From the NCBI GenBank assembly GCA_004764695.1, contig SMSO01000033.1:1798001-1862000 (forward strand): a stretch of DNA of 64,000 nucleotides. Reading direction: 5' to 3'. A program made the translations under genes and the position numbers. The notes beneath the pieces were generated by a model. That model was not told where the DNA came from. It ran no database searches and saw nothing but the letters and a program-made list of their open reading frames with translations. This document shows, piece by piece, positions 60,615 to 64,000 of this stretch; the stretch's first letter is position 1; every line of letters starts with the position of its first letter. The stretch comes from Schizochytrium sp. TIO01 (taxonomy: Eukaryota; Protista; Bigyra: Labyrinthulomycetes).

Positions 60615-62210
60615 CTTGTCCCTAGACTGGATGGAAACGAGAAGTTTGCAGATATGTAGACTGCGTACAATAAGTCAGTTGACAAGTTCTCTTAATTTGT
60701 ATTTTGGTTCACTTGGCAATCTCTGGGATCAAACGGAGCTACGTGGACTGACTTGTGATACGGATGAAATAAGCAAGTCGCAGCTTATTTCAGATCTTGT
60801 AGCTTACTTACCGGAAGATCTCAACTTGAGTTGTTGGTTTGCTTTCCTTCTGACCGATCTGGATTTGTATTTTCAAATTGCAATGTGGCCAGCATTTTCA
60901 AGGCTCGCCAGGCTCAGACTGGTTACACCAAGTAGTACACTTCTTTATACAAATAGCTGGGGCATCTTTAAAAGTCCTATTGAATTATATATAATACGTC
61001 TATAAAATTCATAAGGGCAGGACACCAACAAAGTGTAAACACAGCGCGGACTCCCATTGACTCCCATTGACTTCCACAACAATTTACTTTGTCTTGGTCC
61101 AGACAGATTAGGAAGTCAGTCGCGGGGAGAAAAGATAGAAGAGGAGGCTAGTTGGTGAACATTTGGATGCGAAATGTAAAGGTAAATACGTTCATAAGAT
61201 AGCTTGTACATAGAAATAGCCGAATAGGTTTGGGCAACTTCAACATGCAATGGTTTGAAGCTGCTTCCTTTAAAAAGAAACATGCAACAAAACTCTTCAG
61301 AACAATATGAACACTTAATAAGCGCGAGGACTAGGCCTGCTTCACCATCGAATTAGCAATTTCCAGCTATTACAACCATGGTTTAAGCGCCGCGGCGTGG
61401 TATTTAGTGGGTGAGGATGTACTCATTGTTTTGTTGTTTGAAAAAATATATAGGAATTTTTTGCCCTGTGAAATAATAGTTTTTTAAAGATCCGGTAGAC
61501 TGCATTAACTATAGAAATTTTAAAGATACCTATAAGTGCACACCGCGCAACTCGCGATTAATTGCTTTTGTTTTACATGTGTATATTGGCTTAGTCTAAG
61601 CAAATACTCCAAGAGCAACTATATGAGTTAATTCAATTAGTCTCGACAGAATAGGCCAAATATATTTAGTTTTTCCATGTGTAATACACAGCTCCGCGCT
61701 TCATGCCGCGCTACTTCCTGTGGGTCCAAGCTACAGCAGCAGCAGCAGCAGCAGGTCGACAGACTCTGGTTATCTCTGATTGCGGCCTTCAGGAGACAGT
61801 GCTGAACTAGAACAGCGACCGCGTACCCTGGTGACCTTCAGTGTACTCAGGAACTGGACTTTTCTACCCTATCAGCAAAGGGGGTTTAACCTCACAACCT
61901 TTCGCGTTATTTTATGTCCATTGGTTTCCAATATTTCGATTTTCTTCTTAACGGATGAATCCATTTCTGTGGGCCCTGCTGGGGAACTCCTATGCTTACG
62001 CGCGTTATTCCTTCGGTACCTTGATCCACCAGCATGCTCTCCTGCATTCGCGCGTGATTCCTCCAGCATTTTGATGCACCACCTTTGAAGGTTTTGCTAT
62101 GAACAATAAGCGCTTACATCTTGAAAAAGACTTTATCTATCCAAGCTACTCTTTTATTCTTTTTTTCAACTACAGTAAAGCTCTATTTACGCAATTGAAA
62201 AGCAGAATTT

Positions 62211-62298
62211 GGGATCAGGGGAGACTTGTGTCAAATTCTCTCTATGCCAGTCTAGGGATCAGGGGAGACTTGTGTCAAATTCTCTCTATGCCAGTCTA
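62211..62298. repeat. Perfect 44-bp direct tandem duplication
   Basis: GGGATCAGGGGAGACTTGTGTCAAATTCTCTCTATGCCAGTCTA x2 (62211-62254, 62255-62298). Confidence 0.95.
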
Positions 62299-62469
62299 AC
62301 TCAATAGAAGAGCCGTGACATGGAAGCCTGCTGTAATATACAATCATTCTGATTGTATCTAAATAAATGTATTCAAATCTTCAAATATAGGTAGCCTCAT
62401 CTAAATTCTTATGGATATTTTAATAATTAATATTTAATTTTCAATTATAAAAAAGAAAAACCTCGATGT

Positions 62470-62730
62470 AGCTCGAAGGTGATCCACTTGAACACCTAAA
62501 CATTACTACTTTTCGTTATGTATCAAAAGGCTGTAGAGACCAGAATGTTGCGTTATGAGAATGTTGTGCAAATTCATTGCACCAATATTATCTAGCAACG
62601 TAACCTGGACGGTTCTTTGGAAACAGCTCAGCTAAAAGAAATGACATTTCATAGTATAGCTTAATGACACACACCTGCTCTCTTGTGTAAAGTGCTCGCG
62701 AGATCTACGACCAGCATTTCTCACTTCCTG
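62470..62730 (+). mobile_element. Possible copia RT fragment
   Basis: Single frame: TFRYVSKGCRDQN...ANSLHQYYLAT...NDIS*Y...AREIY (cf. Ty1 KARFVARG...SNTVHHYALMT...DISSAYL...ELY). Confidence 0.35.
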
Positions 62731-63644
62731 ACTATGACCTTTGCTAGGTAAGGCAAAAATCCATTTTTATTCTCCTTTCCGTAAATCTGTGCTTTTAAGT
62801 TGGACTCTGCGTACACATTACTTACTTATAAGTTTTATGTACCACATATCGGAAATCGAAGTAAAATGGGTCTGGGAAATATCCGCTCACCCGGCGCGAC
62901 CCTGACTATTGCAGGTTAGTTTGAGGCGATCACCAAGAGATAGCGTAGGTAGAGAGATGAAGGAAAGGAATAGTTAGCATTAACATTCTGGAAGTGCTAG
63001 CAAGGCCTGACGTCCAAGTCTAGGCTTTGGGTTTGTATTCGTTTTACTTGGGTGTTTTCATAGATAAATACACCTATGTACACGCTTAGCTGTTATACTT
63101 CAATACTGACATAAAATGAAGAGGAAAGGATCAGCGGAAATAATTCGACAGAGGTAGTCATTAAAATGGTAAAGACAGGAGCAAAAGAAACATGACTTGT
63201 TTCAAATAGACAATAACATGCTCGAAGTTATTGGTATTAGGCTACTGCAAAACCTTTAGATTCCTGAAGAAATAACAAACAGAGTGCCTGCTTCTAATTC
63301 ATCATTGATCTCAACTAAGTACAAAGTATGCTTTGGTGCATCGTTTTGAATGAAACAGTACTTTCGATAACTTCAAGTGACGGAGAAAAGATGTGTATCA
63401 GGCGAACAAAGAAATGTAGACGCCATACTCTATTTTTTTTAGAACTACCACATGTACATTGCTTCCAAGAGCAAGCCAACTATCTCCGAACCCGAACAAG
63501 AGAAAGATGAATGCTGCAAGTTCTTTGCTATTTTGCCAGAGCGAAATGAAAAGATTCGCTTGTAGAAATTAAAAAACAAAAACATGTTTATACTCTTTTT
63601 CTCTTTTAGATAGCAGCAGTGAATTCAAAAGAGATCTACTATAC

Positions 63645-64000
63645 TTAACTTGAACCTCCAGCAGAGGAGCAGTCGAGATTGTCACTGTAGGAATAAGTGA
63701 GGCCAATCTGAAAGCCAAAGTTCGACATGCATGTGGCCTCAACATTCTGGCTAGCAGGGCAGCCATTCTCAGAGTTATCAACGTCGCACTGCTGAAAGCG
63801 AATCGGGTTTGTGAAAAGGGGAAGATACTTGCTGCTAGTCGCAGGTAGCTGCAAAATTCCATCGCAAGGTAAGTAATTAGAAGGCATGAAAAAGACTTCC
63901 ACCCAGTCGGAACCATCGTAATATTGAACAGAAACTCCGTTGATGCACGCATCAACATCATCACGCATTCCGTATTCAGATGGAGAGCTAGCGCAGTAGC
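63645..64000 (-). CDS. C-terminal part of paralog 6 (truncated by the window edge)
   Basis: Frame is open to the edge: YCASSPSEYGMRDDVDACINGVSVQYYDGSDWVEVFFMP...NPIRFQQCDVDNSENGCPASQNVEATCMSNFG...CSSAGGSS*. Clearly homologous to the other C-termini. Confidence 0.9.
   Translation of the reverse strand, partial: YCASSPSEYGMRDDVDACINGVSVQYYDGSDWVEVFFMPSNYLPCDGILQLPATSSKYLPLFTNPIRFQQCDVDNSENGCPASQNVEATCMSNFGFQIGLTYSYSDNLDCSSAGGSS

Noticed and set aside
62211-62298. CRISPR-like array
   Set aside because: Only two adjacent copies with no spacers, in a eukaryotic context.
1-64000. tRNA, rRNA or telomeric repeats
   Set aside because: None recognised by eye. A tRNAscan-SE or Infernal run would be needed to exclude small RNAs.

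Overview
Eukaryotic genomic DNA: intronless long genes, many tetranucleotide microsatellites, poly-A/T tracts and mosaic GC content. This is consistent with a protist such as a thraustochytrid/labyrinthulomycete, but the taxon is only an inference. The only clear genes are a head-to-tail tandem array of at least six paralogs on the minus strand (15806-19252, 34781-38267, 42936-46403, 49276-52735, 57168-60614, and a partial copy from 63645 to the window edge). Each encodes a ~1150-aa secreted, acidic, Cys-rich glycoprotein made of two homologous ~570-aa halves. Each half contains a divergent von Willebrand factor type D (VWD)-like domain (C-x3-GDP[L/F]-x3-FDG ... GxC) followed by a C8-like Cys-rich region and a further Cys module. 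There is no TM segment or GPI tail. Two copies carry single +1 frameshifts. Copies 3 and 4 show mosaic, conversion-like identity, and the promoters share a short motif. The spacers contain no convincing intact genes. Manual translation instead reveals many highly decayed Ty1/copia-like fragments (integrase, RT, RNase H motifs), including one within ~1 kb downstream of every paralog, plus one possible gypsy-like integrase relic. The retroelement calls come from by-eye motif matching and need HMM confirmation.
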